A stretch of 64,000 bases of DNA from an uncultured delta proteobacterium. GTDB lineage: Bacteria > Desulfobacterota > Binatia > UBA9968. The stretch is from contig CAVUZH010000003.1 of assembly GCA_963745835.1 (NCBI GenBank), positions 1,024,001 to 1,088,000 of the forward strand, read 5' to 3'. Positions 15,928 through 27,987 of this stretch are shown here, one piece after another. The notes below the pieces were generated by a model, which was not told the origin of the DNA, did no database searches, and saw nothing but the letters and a program-made list of their open reading frames with translations. The translations under genes were made by a program, and so were the position numbers. Position 1 is the stretch's first letter, and each line of letters starts with the position of its first letter.

Positions 15928-16218
15928 ATGAAAAAAGGGAAAATAGTCTTAACCGGACTAGCGGTGTTGGTGTTGTTATTGGTGATCGTCAATATTTTAT
16001 TGATGGCCGGTAACCAGTCACTGCAGCTCAGCGTCAACGAGCGGCAACAGTACATCGCTGAAACTATCCAACTGGAAGCGCTGAACCGGCAGGTGATAGG
16101 GGTGCTGGCGGAAATGGCGCTGAAAACCAACGATGGACAACTGAAGGAGCTTCTCGCCGGAGTTGGCATCAACCTGTCTCCGGCGCCGGCGCAACCTCCC
16201 GGCGCTAAGTCAAAGTAA
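15928..16218 (+). CDS. Hypothetical single-TM coiled-coil protein
   Basis: N-terminal hydrophobic helix then Gln/Glu-rich helix; gene-like spacing. Confidence 0.7.
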   Translation: MKKGKIVLTGLAVLVLLLVIVNILLMAGNQSLQLSVNERQQYIAETIQLEALNRQVIGVLAEMALKTNDGQLKELLAGVGINLSPAPAQPPGAKSK

Positions 16219-16224
16219 GGTATT

Positions 16225-16572
16225 TTGATCATGGATGAAGCGCCGAACGAAATCGAAGAACGTGAGCCCGTCGCGCTGCCGGTGGAACGAGGCGCCAATC
16301 TGCCGCTGACGATCTTGCTGATCGCCTTGGTGCTTTGGTTTGGTTTCCAAACACTACAGCTCGCCACCGAGCGCGCAAACCTCGGCGAGGCGCGGGGTCA
16401 CCAGGAAGCGGCCATGCAGGAAGCGCAAAAACTTCGCACGCAATTCGAGTCTTTGATCAGCAAAACCAGTGAATTGGCCAACAAAGGCCATGCCGGCGCT
16501 AAGCTCGTGATGGAGGAGCTGCAGAAGCGTGGAATGGCGGCTCAGCCGCAAGCCCTCATTCCCCAGAAGTAA
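16225..16572 (+). CDS. Hypothetical single-TM coiled-coil protein
   Basis: TM helix LPLTILLIALVLWFGF followed by coiled coil; adjacent to the previous ORF. Confidence 0.7.
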   Translation: MIMDEAPNEIEEREPVALPVERGANLPLTILLIALVLWFGFQTLQLATERANLGEARGHQEAAMQEAQKLRTQFESLISKTSELANKGHAGAKLVMEELQKRGMAAQPQALIPQK

Positions 16573-16654
16573 TCTTATAAGCACCATTCAGTTGAACCTG
16601 CCATAGTTTCCTCTTAAGCTTGTTTCTTCTGGCTCGACGCCTACAGGAGAACAT

Positions 16655-19600
16655 TTGGACGCCTTTCATACACTTATACAGCGTTGGTTCCGCGAACGAT
16701 TCGAAAGTCCGACGCCGCCCCAACAGGAGGGTTGGTTATCGATCGTGCGAGGCGAGCCGACACTTATCGCGGCGCCCACCGGATCGGGTAAAACGCTGGC
16801 TGCTTTCTTATGGTCTATCGATCGGCTGTTCAAGCGGGCAGTATCAGGGGAGTTGCGCGATCAGACCACCGTGGTTTACGTGTCACCGCTGAAGGCTCTC
16901 GGCAACGACATCGCTAAAAACCTGCAACTAGCCGCTCGATCAAATCTTTCATCTTGCTTACAGCGAAGGAATCATGTTGCCGGAGATTCGCACAGCGGTG
17001 CGCTCGGGAGACACGCCGGCCCATGAACGTCAATTGATGGTGCGCCGGCCGCCGCACATTCTCATCACGACGCCGGAATCACTGTACATCCTGCTGACAT
17101 CACCGCGCAGTCGCGAATTTCTAAGAAATGCCGAGACCGTTATCATCGACGAAATTCATGCCATTGCAGCGGACAAGCGCGGAGCCCATCTGGCGCTTTC
17201 GCTTGAGCGACTCAATCAATTGGCAGAACGGCCTTTGCAACGGATCGGCTTGAGCGCGACGCAAAAACCCATCGAGGAAATAGCACGGCTGCTGGTCGGC
17301 TCCCGGGGAGTGCAAGAGGACGGCAGCCCCGACTGCGTGATTGTCGATGCCGGTCATAAACGCGATCTAGAGCTTCGCATCGAGGTTCCCGATGAGGAGT
17401 TGGGGCCGATCATCCGCCAGGATATCTGGTCGGCGGTCTACGATAAAATCGTTGAACAAATCAAAAACCATCGGACGACATTGGTGTTCGTAAACACGCG
17501 GCGTCTGGTGGAGCGAGTGGCGCACCAACTGACCGAGCGCTTGGGCGCGGGCAAGGTGGGCGCCCACCACGGCAGCTTGTCGAGAAAAACTCGTTTAGAG
17601 GTCGAACAAAAATTGAAAACGGGTCAATACCCGGTCGTGGTCGCCACCGCATCTTTGGAGCTGGGTATCGATATCGGCCATGTCGATCTCGTCTGTCATA
17701 TCGGCGCGCCGCGCACATTGGCCGTTTTGCTCCAACGCGTCGGCCGTTCTGGGCACTGGTTGGGAGCAATTCCCAAAGGTATTTTTTATCCGTTAACCCG
17801 GGACGATCTGATGCAGTGCGCCGCAGCGATTCGCAGCGTGCGCCAAGGCGAGTTGGACAAAATTGCGGTGATCGAAAAACCGCTCGATATCCTGGCGCAG
17901 CAAATGGTAGCCACGGTCGCCAGCATGACGCCGGCGGTCAAAGCGGACGTTCCCTCGAGCAAATCTCAAAGCGACGGCGGCATCAGTGAGGAAACCTTAT
18001 GGCGCATGGTTCGCGGCGCTTATCCGTATCGGAACCTGTCGCGGATCGAATACGAACAGGTGCTGCAGATGCTCAGCGAGGGAGTCGAAACCCGAAGGAG
18101 CCGGCGCGGCGCCTACATTCATCGGGATCGGGTCCATGGCATGTTGCGCGCGCGGCGCGGCGCCCGATTAACTGCGATCACTAACGGCGGAGCAATTCCC
18201 GATACTGCCGATTACGACGTGGTTGAGTTTCCCAGTGAAACGACCGTCGGCAAAGTCAATGAGGATTTTGCCATCGAGAGTCTCACCGGAGATATTTTCT
18301 TACTGGGTAATCGGTCCTGGCGTATCCGTCGGGTCGGCTCAGGCAAGGTTTGGGTTGAAGATGCGCAAGGGCTGCCGCCGAGTATCCCGTTCTGGCTCGG
18401 CGAATCGCCAGGGCGCACCATTGAATTATCCAAAGCGGTATCGGATTTGCGCCGCGACGTTGCCGATCGGATTTCAGATCGAAGGAAAGCCCAAGACTGG
18501 CTGGTCGGCGAAATCAAGATTCCGGAAGCGGCCGCAGAACAGATCGTAACTTATGTGGCCGAAACGCAGAGCGTGCTTGGAACAGTGCCTGGGCAGGAAT
18601 CTATTGTTGCCGAGCGGTTTTTTGACGAAGGCGGCGGCATGCAACTGGTGATTCACTCGCCCTGGGGCGCGCGTATCAACCGCGCTTGGGGCCTGGCGCT
18701 GAGAAAGCGCTTCTGTGTCAGTTTCGACCGGGAGTTGCAAGCGGCCGCCACCGATGACGGCATCGTCATCTCTCTGGTCGAGCAACACTCTTTTCCCTTG
18801 AGCGACGTATTTCAGATGCTGCGGCCGGCGATGATTGAGCCGAGCCTGATCCAGGCGGCATTGGCATCGCCGATGTTTACCAATCGCTGGCGCTGGAACT
18901 CTACCCGAGCCCTGGCTGTGATGCGTCACAGCGGCGGCAGAAAGGTGCCGGTAGCGCTACAGCGGATGCGCGCCGAGGATTTGCTGGCGGCGGTTTTTCC
19001 CGAGCAGATGGTTTGCGGGGACAACCGCACCGGTCCCGTCGAGTTGCCGGACCATCCGTTGGTCAACGAAACAATCGGCGATTGCCTGCACGAGGCTATG
19101 GATCTCGACGGTATCAAGAAAATCATCGCGGCCATCGAGAGTGGTGCAATCAATACCCTGGCGGTCGATACGCCTGCGCCTTCGCCCATGGCGCATGAAA
19201 TCCTCAATGCCAATCCCTACGCTTTCCTGGACGATGCACCTTTGGAAGAACGGCGCGCACGGGCGGTTTCTCTAAGACGGACAGATCTACGGTTGGAACG
19301 TGAATTCGGTCAGCTTGACCAAGCGGCAATCGATGAGATCCGCCGTCAGGCATGGCCCGAAATCCGCAATGGCGACGAGCTCCATGACTTTTTGCTTGGG
19401 GTTGGAATCTTATCGGTGGGGGAGCGCCCCGAGTGGCGGCGCATCGCTCAAGAATTGATAGACAACCGCCGCGTCACAGAAGCGACTTGGCTGCCTTGTG
19501 GCTCTCAAACCGCAATGCACCGCCTATGTCGCGACGGAAAGGATTGAGTTGGTTCGCACCTGCATGCCGGATGTAACCTTCGCTCCAGCTGTAGAGTTGC

Positions 19601-21028
19601 CGTTGGGTTTCGAAGCGCAACCGGTATCGGAAGAAGAAGCCTTCAGAAGAATAGTTCAGGGCTGGATGGAAGCGATCGGACCGACAACCGTCACCGATTT
19701 GTCGAACCGGCTGGGTATTGAAGCGCCCAGAATAGAGTCGGCATTGTTGTCCCTTGAAGGAGCCGGGATGGTTTTGCGCGGCCGGTTCACTCCATCGACC
19801 GGTTCGGCCGGAGAAATTGAATGGTGCGATCGCGTGCTCCTGGCGCGCATCCATCGTCTCACTCTCGGGCGCATGCGCAGAGAAATCGAGCCGGTTTCGC
19901 CGGTGGAATTTATGAGCTTTTTGTTGTCTTGGCAGCACGTCGGAGTTAATCGCCAACTCGAGGGACGTGACGGAGTCCTGCGTGTGATTCAACAGCTGCA
20001 GGGACTTGGAACTGCCGGCGCCCGCCTGGGAACAATCGGTTCTGCCGGCGCGTGTGCGGAATTATTCTCCGGCGGATCTGGAACATCTCTGCCTCGCCGG
20101 TGTTGTGGCTTGGGGCAGATTGCGGGCCGAGCAAAGTTCCGATGATAATCTTCAGGGGAAACTTTCCGCGAGGCGGCGACGCAAGCGCTTGGCAGCTCCG
20201 GCGCGAAACGCCCCGATCGCTTTCCTAGTACGGGAAGACTTGGATTATTTTCTGGGCGATCGGTCGCCGCGTTGGGCCGACGTACCCACGCTTTCGAGCG
20301 GCGCGCGCGACGTGGCGCGTTATCTAGAACAGCGCGGCGCGTCTTTTGTCAGCGACATCGCCCGTGGCGCCGGGCTGCTGAAAATCAAAGTCGAGGAAGC
20401 GCTCTGGGAACTGGTGGCCCATGGTCTGGCTACAGGCGACGGCATTGCCGGTCTGCGAGTGCTGTTGCTGCCTGAGCATAAGCGCCAGGGAAAGCGCCAC
20501 AATCTTAGGGTGATTAGCGGCGGAAGAAGCACGGCACGGATGATGCCCGTGGGCAGGTGGTCGCTGTGGAGTAATCAGAACGGCGACGCTGAGGTGAACA
20601 GCGAACAAATCGTCGAACGTCAGGCGCGGCAACTACTCGAAAGATACGGAGTGGTTTTTCGTGATCTTCTCGCCCGCGAGGCAAATCTGCCGCCATGGCG
20701 AACTTTGCTCACCACGTATCGCCGCCTGGAAGCACGCGGCGAGATTCGCGGCGGCCGCTTTGTTAACGGTTTCGTCGGCGAACAGTTTGCCTTGCCTGTT
20801 GCAATTGAGAAACTTCGAGCCGAACGCCGCGCCGATGACAAACAGCAACCGTTTATCGTATCAGCCGCTGACCCCCTGAACCTGGTGGGAATACTTACGC
20901 CCGGTACACGGGTTTCTCCCTATTCGAGTCAGGTGATCGCCTACCACAAAGGTCTGCCGATTCAGGTCGGGCCTCTCGGTAGCGTCCTCAGTAGTTTGCA
21001 ACTACATCACGCAGGCGAGAAGCCGTGA
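16655..21028 (+). CDS. lhr: Lhr-family (long form) DEAD/H helicase, frameshifts near 16930, 19505 and 20005
   Basis: APTGSGKT, YVSPLKAL, TTPES, DEIH, LSAT, HHGSL, LELGIDIG, QRVGRSGH; C-terminal GEIRGGRFV...GEQFA and SAADPLNL, split over four ORFs. Confidence 0.9.
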
Positions 21029-21322
21029 ACCTGTAGAAGGTTCGGCGGCTAACTGTTCTTACAAAAACTCCATACGCGGTTATTTTTGATAGGAGCGGTA
21101 GTCCGCCCTATTCGGCAGACTCTAACGTCCCCGACTATCGACGCCGTTCAGGATCTGCTCTGTGCTTGCGCTTAGTGTTGACTTCAATGTAGCGGTCAAC
21201 TTATTCTTCACGGGGATAGGGACCAAACTAAATAGCGCAGCAAGAATCGAACGTAATCAAATCGTCACCTAACCGTTGATCTTTCAATTGATAGCAAGCA
21301 AGGAAAATCGCTGAGGTTGCTT

Positions 21323-23555
21323 ATGACCGATCTATGGAGTGTGGGCATCCCTAGCCCGCGGGTTGAAAGCGAACAAAAAGTCGCCGGCAAGGCGGTTTAC
21401 GCCGGCGATATAGTTCTCCCCGGTATGCTATGGGTGAAAGTATTAAGAAGCCCGGTTGCTCACGCGCGCATCAAAAACATTGATACGTCGCGAGCCCTCG
21501 CTGTACCGGGGGTTAAAACTATAGTCACGGGATATGATTTTGGCGGCGCGAGGATCGGTAAAAAGATTATTGATATGCCGATCCTTGCGGATGGTGTCGT
21601 ACGTTACGTGGGTGAAAAAGTTGTTGCCGTGGCGGCTGAATCTGAATTAGAGGCGGAAGCGGCGCTCGATTTGATCGATATCGAATATGAGGAGTTGCCG
21701 GTGGTCCTCGATCCGCTTGAAGCCTTGGAACCTTCAGCACCCCTGCTTCATCCGGATTTAATAGGGTATAAGGGCCTGCTGCACACGATCGAGTCGCCGA
21801 GCAACCTTTTCGTGCATCTCACTTGGAGGAAGGGGGAAGTGGAGGAAGGTTTCCGCCAGTCCGACATCACCATAGAGAACACTTACTCGGTTCCGGCGGT
21901 ACATCAGGCCTACATCGAGCCCCATTGTTGTTTGGCAAGGGTGAATACCGACGGCAGCGCAGAAATTTGGGCTTCGACCAAGAGCCCTTTCAATTTGCGC
22001 GAGCAAGTCGGCAATGCGTTGCAGGTCCTTCCCGCAAGTCTGATCGTGCATCCATGCTATGTCGGCGGGGATTTCGGTGGCAAGGGAGACGCCAATGAAG
22101 TCGCGCTTTGTTATGCATTGGCAAAAAGATCTGGGCGGCCGGTCAAGCTGCTGATCGATTATAACGAGGAGTTGGTCGCCGGAAATCCTCGCCACGGCGC
22201 GGTTGATAAGGGTTAAGACAGGCGTCAAGAAGAACGGCATGATGATCGCTCAGCGCATAGAATTCGTCTTCGACAGCGGCGCCTACGGCTCTTATCGCCC
22301 CCAGGGTTATCTGGTTGGCGCTCACGATGCGGCAGGACCTTATCGCGTGGCCAATTGTTTTATCGAGGAAAAATACGTTTACACCAATAAGATGCCATGC
22401 GGTTACATGCGCGCTCCAGGACATCTACAAGCGTTTTTCGCCACCGAAAGCCATGCCGACTTGGTTGCCAAGCGTCTGGAAATGGATCCTGCGGAGTATC
22501 GCCGGATGAATTTCATGCGCGACGGTGATAAGTCCCCCTTGGGTGAAGTAATGCCCCACGTCAAGCCCGGCGATACCTTGATCAAAGCGGTGGAGATATC
22601 CGGTTACAGCGAATCCCAAGCCGAAAAATGTTGGCCGCGGCTGCGCGATTGCGAATTGGGTTTCCAAAGGCGGCGAGTCCTACGCTTTCGTCAAGATCGA
22701 TAAAGACGGGAGTTATAACACTTTCCTCGGCGGTGACCGATACCGGTCCTGGCGCGTTTACAATCATGCGTCAAATCGTCGGCCAGGAACTCAAAGTCTC
22801 GCCTGAGTCGATTCGAGTCGAGATGCTGGATACAACCCAAGTGATCAAAGATACCGGGGTGCGCGGCAGTAGTAGTACCCGAGTGCATGGCGGGTCAGCG
22901 TATGAGGCCGCCAATAAAGCGCGTGAACAGATTCTAAAAATTGCCGCCCAGGCGATGAATGCGATGCCGGAAGAGCTGATTCTTTACGATGGCGGGGTCA
23001 CTCATCGCCAGGCTGAACGGCGGATGAGCTTTGCCGAGATTGCCGAAGCTAATCAGAGCGCGATAGTAGGAGAGGGGCACTACGCCAACATGGCGGATGG
23101 ACCGGAGACATCGATTGTCGCTCAGGTGGCTGAGGTGGAGGTGGATACTCAAACCGGTGAAGTCCAAGATTAGAAAATTGACGACCGCTCATAATACCGG
23201 AGCCATTCTGAACCCGTTAACGCACCAGGGGCAAATCGATGGCGGCGTGATTATGGGAATGGGTTACGGCATTATGGAGGATCTCGCTGTCGATGAAAGT
23301 GGAAAAGTTCTGACCACCAATCTAGGAGAATACAAAATTCCCAATATCAAAGACGTGCCGGTACTCAAAACTGCTATCATTCAGTCGGCAACCGGCAGCG
23401 GACCGTATAACAGTATGAGCATTGGCGAGACCGCGTTGATACCCACGGCTGCCGCGATTGCCAACGCTGTGGAAGATGCGGTCGGCGTGCGGATCACGTC
23501 TCTGCCGATCACCGCCGAGAAAGTGCTTAACGCGATCAGAGGCCGCTCAGATTAG
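21323..23555 (+). CDS. Xanthine dehydrogenase/CoxL-family molybdopterin-binding subunit, three frameshifts
   Basis: KVAGKAVY, RSPVAHARI, VRYVGE, HQAYIEPH, VGGDFGGKG, MRAPG, GQIDGG...GMG, IGE...AIANAV across four ORFs. Confidence 0.88.
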
Positions 23556-23638
23556 CGGAACTCGATGAAAAACATCTAGGGCCAGCATAAGGACCGCCGG
23601 CCGCCTGTCGTTGCGCCAGCCAAGACTCAGCGATGCTG

Positions 23639-24124
23639 TCATTTGTCTTTGCGATTACCGTGTAGCGCGACAAACAAGTTGTAAAATGAGGCGATCGATC
23701 TTTCTTCCATGTTGGGATGGCCGTTTTCATTCTGGTACAAGAGAGTCACGCTAAGCGCGCTTTTGTGCAGTTCGAGCAGTTCGGCGTTCTTGGTATCCAG
23801 GTAAGATCCCACGGTTCTTAAGGTATTCGCCAAGCTATAGAAGTCAGGCAGGCGGCCACGCTTTTTTCGATTCAAACGGCCCTCGTTCTCGAGGCGCTCG
23901 ATCTCGGCCGTTCCATAGGCAAGCGATGTTTCCTTGAATGTTCCCTGCATTCGGTTCCGCCAATCGCGCAATCTCGCTACTAAGCGTGAATCCTTTTCCG
24001 GAACTCCGCGCACGACATAGCGCTCGGCATCCGCTTTGAGTTCGAAGGTTGTTATTCGCTTGTTGTCGAGGGATTGTCCAATCGCACGCAGATGTTGATC
24101 ATAACCATTTCTAGATCGCATCAA
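23639..24124 (-). CDS. Hypothetical protein (paralog of 37784..38342)
   Basis: Shares the LRAIGQ-L, IERLE-EG and LRTVG-Y-D motifs with the ORF at 37784..38342. Confidence 0.75.
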   Translation of the reverse strand: MMRSRNGYDQHLRAIGQSLDNKRITTFELKADAERYVVRGVPEKDSRLVARLRDWRNRMQGTFKETSLAYGTAEIERLENEGRLNRKKRGRLPDFYSLANTLRTVGSYLDTKNAELLELHKSALSVTLLYQNENGHPNMEERSIASFYNLFVALHGNRKDK

Positions 24125-24317
24125 ACCTCACTTTTCCAGCAGGCCGCTATTGCCGACTACACGAGCAAAGACGCTCCGCGTCATATCATCGGCAAAATCC
24201 GGAAACAAGGGCTAAGACGCCCGACTTCCTTGACAACAAGGAGAGCCAAACGTATGGTTTGTAGTGCTCCCCCGATGCATCGGCACCGCTGCACTTACTA
24301 AACAATTAGGAGGATCA

Positions 24318-25796
24318 ATGGCACGTCCAGAGAGAGTTGGAACAACCCAAAGCACAGTTTCCTATCATGGTTTGCGCCATTGGCTGGACCAGGTCGAAAA
24401 AATGGGCGAGCTGCAGAAAGTCAACGGCGCACACTGGGATCGGGAGATGGGGGCAATCACTCAGATGCTCACTGAAACCGGCAAAGGCAAGGCGCCAGCG
24501 ATCCTTTTTGATGAAGTTCCCGGATACCCAAAAGGTTACCGGACGCTGTACGGGCAGTTCTCAACCATTAAGCGGGTGGCGTTGACTTTGGGCCTACCGC
24601 TCGAATACGAGCACAAGGCCGATATCGTCAAAGCCTATCATCATCGCATGGAAGATATGAAGCTGCTCAAGCCCAAGATCGTCAGGACTGGGCCCATATT
24701 TGACAATGTGCTGGAAGGCGACAAAGTGGATGTGCTTAAGTTGCCGGTGCCGATTCATCATCAACAAGATACGCACCGCTACATTGGCACCGCGGATATG
24801 TGCATCACCAAAGATCCGGACGCAGAGTGGTATAATTTTGGTGCCTATCGTTGTGAAGTTTACGATGAAAAAACTATTGGTTGTCAGATCACCGAAGGTA
24901 AACATGGGCGCATTCACCGCGACAAGTATTTCGAGCGAGGGCAGAGCGCTAAGTTTGCGATTGTGTGCGGCCAAGATCCGCTTCTTTATTTGCTATCCGC
25001 CAGTCCGTTGCCGAGTGGAGTTTCTGAATACGATTTCGCTGGCGGGATTCGCGGCGAGCCTGTCGAGGTCGTGAAAGGGCCATTCACTGGTTTTCCGATT
25101 CCTGCGGACGCAGAGATCGTCATCGAAGGCGAGGCGGTTCCGGGGCAGGTCAGACCAGAGGGACCGTTCGGTGAATGGATGGGCTATTATTCCGACGATG
25201 TCGTGCCGCGTCCCTACTTAAATGTGAAGACCGTCATGTATCGCAATGATCCGATTCTCACATGCGCGCCGCAGCACAAGCCGGTGGACGAAACTGGCTT
25301 GCTCAAAGGCATTGCCGGTGCAGCGGAGATCTGGAAAGCTCTGGAAGCTTGTGGGTTACCCGAAATTTTAGGCGTCTGGAATCACGAAGGGGCACCGGCA
25401 ACTCGCTTCACCGCCATTCAGATCCGGCAACGCTATCCGGGACATGCTCGCAACGTGCTTCACGTCGCAGCTAACTGTATGGCCGGCGCGTACAACGGCA
25501 AGTGGACGGTGGTTGTCGATGACGATGTCGATTGTTCGGACATGGATCAGGTTCTATGGGCGATGGGCACTCGGTTCGACCCACTGACCGATATCGATTT
25601 GATTCAGAAAGCCTGGTCTTCGGGGCGCGACCCGATGTTTCTGCCGGGAAATTTCAACAATCGCATCTTGATCGACGCATGCGTTCCTTACAACCGCAAG
25701 CTGAAAGGGGAATTCCCGAGGGTGGTGGAAGTTCCTAATGACGTGCGCGCGCAGCTGAAGGCGAAGTTTCCGCAGTTATTCAACTCACAAGTGTAA
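24318..25796 (+). CDS. UbiD-family prFMN-dependent decarboxylase
   Basis: PAILFDEVPGY, RYIGT, EIVIEG, EGPFGEWMGYY, VVDDDVD, VLWAMGTR; start set after the AGGAGG RBS. Confidence 0.92.
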   Translation: MARPERVGTTQSTVSYHGLRHWLDQVEKMGELQKVNGAHWDREMGAITQMLTETGKGKAPAILFDEVPGYPKGYRTLYGQFSTIKRVALTLGLPLEYEHKADIVKAYHHRMEDMKLLKPKIVRTGPIFDNVLEGDKVDVLKLPVPIHHQQDTHRYIGTADMCITKDPDAEWYNFGAYRCEVYDEKTIGCQITEGKHGRIHRDKYFERGQSAKFAIVCGQDPLLYLLSASPLPSGVSEYDFAGGIRGEPVEVVKGPFTGFPIPADAEIVIEGEAVPGQVRPEGPFGEWMGYYSDDVVPRPYLNVKTVMYRNDPILTCAPQHKPVDETGLLKGIAGAAEIWKALEACGLPEILGVWNHEGAPATRFTAIQIRQRYPGHARNVLHVAANCMAGAYNGKWTVVVDDDVDCSDMDQVLWAMGTRFDPLTDIDLIQKAWSSGRDPMFLPGNFNNRILIDACVPYNRKLKGEFPRVVEVPNDVRAQLKAKFPQLFNSQV

Positions 25797-25810
25797 AAGA
25801 GGATCTGGGC

Positions 25811-26536
25811 ATGGTTTTTACAAGCTGGCGCGGTGTTGTCGGTGTTGTGAAACCGACACACCGTCCCGGCTCGCTTGAAGAGTTCATCCGTTTGCTACCC
25901 GAAGGGATCGGGGTCCTGCCGGTTTATTTGAACTTCAAACGAGGAACAGTGGATGAATTCCGTGCCGCCCTCGATGCAGTCGAAGACAAGGTTGCCGAGC
26001 TGGCCAAGGAAGGCGTCGATCTGATACATCCTGAAGGGGCGCCGCCTTTCATGGTGCACGGCTATAAAGGCGAAGAAAAGATCATTGAAGATTGGCAACG
26101 CAAATATAAGGTCCCCATCGTCACGGCGGCGCAAACCCAAGTGGACGCCTTACGCGCTTTGAACGTGAAAAAAATTCTTGGTGTCACTTATTTCGTCGGC
26201 AGCGTAAACGATATTACAACCAGTTATTTTCGCGATGCCGGCTTCGATGTGCTGGCCATGGAAGGGATGTCGGTTGCCTTTGAAGATGTCGGCCGCCTCG
26301 CCTCGCAGGAAATCTACGCGCATACACGACAAGCCTTTTTAAAACATCCCGGTGCAGAAGCGATTTATATGCTAGGGACAGGTTGGCGCTGCCTGGACAT
26401 CATTCGTTTGCTGGAAGACGATTTGCAGGTTCCGGTAATCCATCCGGTTCCCGCCCGAGTCTGGGCAGTGCAAAAACGGCTGCATGTGAGGCAGCCTGTG
26501 CAGGGCTTCGGGCGATTGCTTCTAGAGATGCCGTAA
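25811..26536 (+). CDS. Maleate cis-trans isomerase / arylmalonate decarboxylase / Asp-Glu racemase superfamily protein
   Basis: Overall pattern: GV-KPT, ALRALNVKKI, AEAIYMLGTGW, LEDDLQVPVI. Confidence 0.75.
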   Translation: MVFTSWRGVVGVVKPTHRPGSLEEFIRLLPEGIGVLPVYLNFKRGTVDEFRAALDAVEDKVAELAKEGVDLIHPEGAPPFMVHGYKGEEKIIEDWQRKYKVPIVTAAQTQVDALRALNVKKILGVTYFVGSVNDITTSYFRDAGFDVLAMEGMSVAFEDVGRLASQEIYAHTRQAFLKHPGAEAIYMLGTGWRCLDIIRLLEDDLQVPVIHPVPARVWAVQKRLHVRQPVQGFGRLLLEMP

Positions 26537-26707
26537 ACTTCGCGAACCAGCATCTAAGTGCCGGTGACATTCTCTCCCGCCCTGACAGAACGTCATGGTT
26601 AGCCAAGCACGGCTTTGAACCGTCAGACTGTCCAGTCCCAATCTCAAAGAGCCTCGACCCTTGAAATCGACGAGCCGTTAAAGTTTCTGTTCTGCATCGT
26701 TAAGGTT

Positions 26708-27529
26708 ATGACAAACGAAGTTGAAGCGTTTCGCATCTTTGAACATGCGGGATGGGAAGCTATTCCCGAACAGTATCATCAGGCGTTCTGTAGGCTCACC
26801 ACCCAGACGATCGGACCTCTTTTAGATGCGGTTCAAGTAAAGAGCGGCACGAAGCTCCTCGACATCGCGACGGGTCCGGGCTACGTCGCCGCCGCTGCCG
26901 CAAAGCGCGGTGCGACTGTGCTCGGGATCGATTTCTCATCGAGGATGATAGAACAAGCGCGACAGCTTCATCCTGGCATTGAGTTCCGACTAGGTGACGC
27001 AGAGCGGCTATCACTAGGCAACGGACTATTCGATTCGGCAGTAATCAATTTTGGCATCCTTCATTTCGGGCAGCCGGAGCTCGCGGTGCGTGAGGCCTGG
27101 CGGGTTATTCGGGCTGGCGGTTACTTTGCCTTCACCGCCTGGGCTCGACCTGAGGACACGATCGGGTTCAATATTGTGCTGCAATCGGTGGAAGCTTACG
27201 GCGAGCCAAGAATTAAACTGCCGGAAGGTCCACCGTTCTTTCGCTTTAGCGATCCTGCCGAATGCGTTAAGGAACTGATCGGCGCTGGCTTTGAGAATCC
27301 GACGGTGGTGAAGGTTCCTCAACTGTGGCGCTTGTCCGGCGGAGAGGCTCTTTTTGATGTTATGCGAAATAGCACGGTTCGCACAGCCGGACTGCTCCAG
27401 AGTCAAAAACCGGTGGTGTTGCAGAAGATTCGCGCAGCGATCTGCGCGGATGCGGAGCAGTACCGAATCGGAGATGTTATAGAACTACCGATGCCGGCGC
27501 TCATCGCCGCAGGAAAAAAACCCAAGTGA
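26708..27529 (+). CDS. Class I SAM-dependent methyltransferase
   Basis: LLDIATGPG, GIDFS, GDAE, FDSAV motifs. Confidence 0.9.
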   Translation: MTNEVEAFRIFEHAGWEAIPEQYHQAFCRLTTQTIGPLLDAVQVKSGTKLLDIATGPGYVAAAAAKRGATVLGIDFSSRMIEQARQLHPGIEFRLGDAERLSLGNGLFDSAVINFGILHFGQPELAVREAWRVIRAGGYFAFTAWARPEDTIGFNIVLQSVEAYGEPRIKLPEGPPFFRFSDPAECVKELIGAGFENPTVVKVPQLWRLSGGEALFDVMRNSTVRTAGLLQSQKPVVLQKIRAAICADAEQYRIGDVIELPMPALIAAGKKPK

Positions 27530-27614
27530 TACCGCTGATGACGGCAGGCAATTCTAGCGCGCTACGCTTCGTAGCTCAACCGTTAAACGCGGCGGCTAAT
27601 GATGATTGAGGCAC

Positions 27615-27824
27615 TCAGTCATCAAGCCGGAAGCCAAGCTTTATGATTACTTGCCAGTAATCAATTTTATTGTTCTCGATGTAACCTCTGGTCTCGATGA
27701 CCTGAAACCAGTGGATATTGTGCAGCGTCTGGCCGGCCTTGGTAATTGCGTTCTGTACCGCATCTTCGACGCTGGTTTTAGATGTGCCAGTCAACTCAAT
27801 TTGTTTGTAGATGTGATCGCTCAT
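27615..27824 (-). CDS. Dodecin (flavin-binding)
   Basis: MSDHIYKQIELTGTS...AVQNAI...WFQVIETRG...WQVIIKLGFRLD. Confidence 0.93.
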   Translation of the reverse strand: MSDHIYKQIELTGTSKTSVEDAVQNAITKAGQTLHNIHWFQVIETRGYIENNKIDYWQVIIKLGFRLDD

Positions 27825-27987
27825 ATTTCACCTCGAGGTCTGGTTTGGGTTTAGAAAAGCAATAAAGGTGCCCGCTTTGAAATGTTAATTCTCCAAGGAC
27901 TCTCTTGGATGACTGTCCCAGGGATGTCACACCAGAGATTCCGAAGCGCGCACAAATAACCACGGGCAGTTACTTTCGAGTTTAGAT

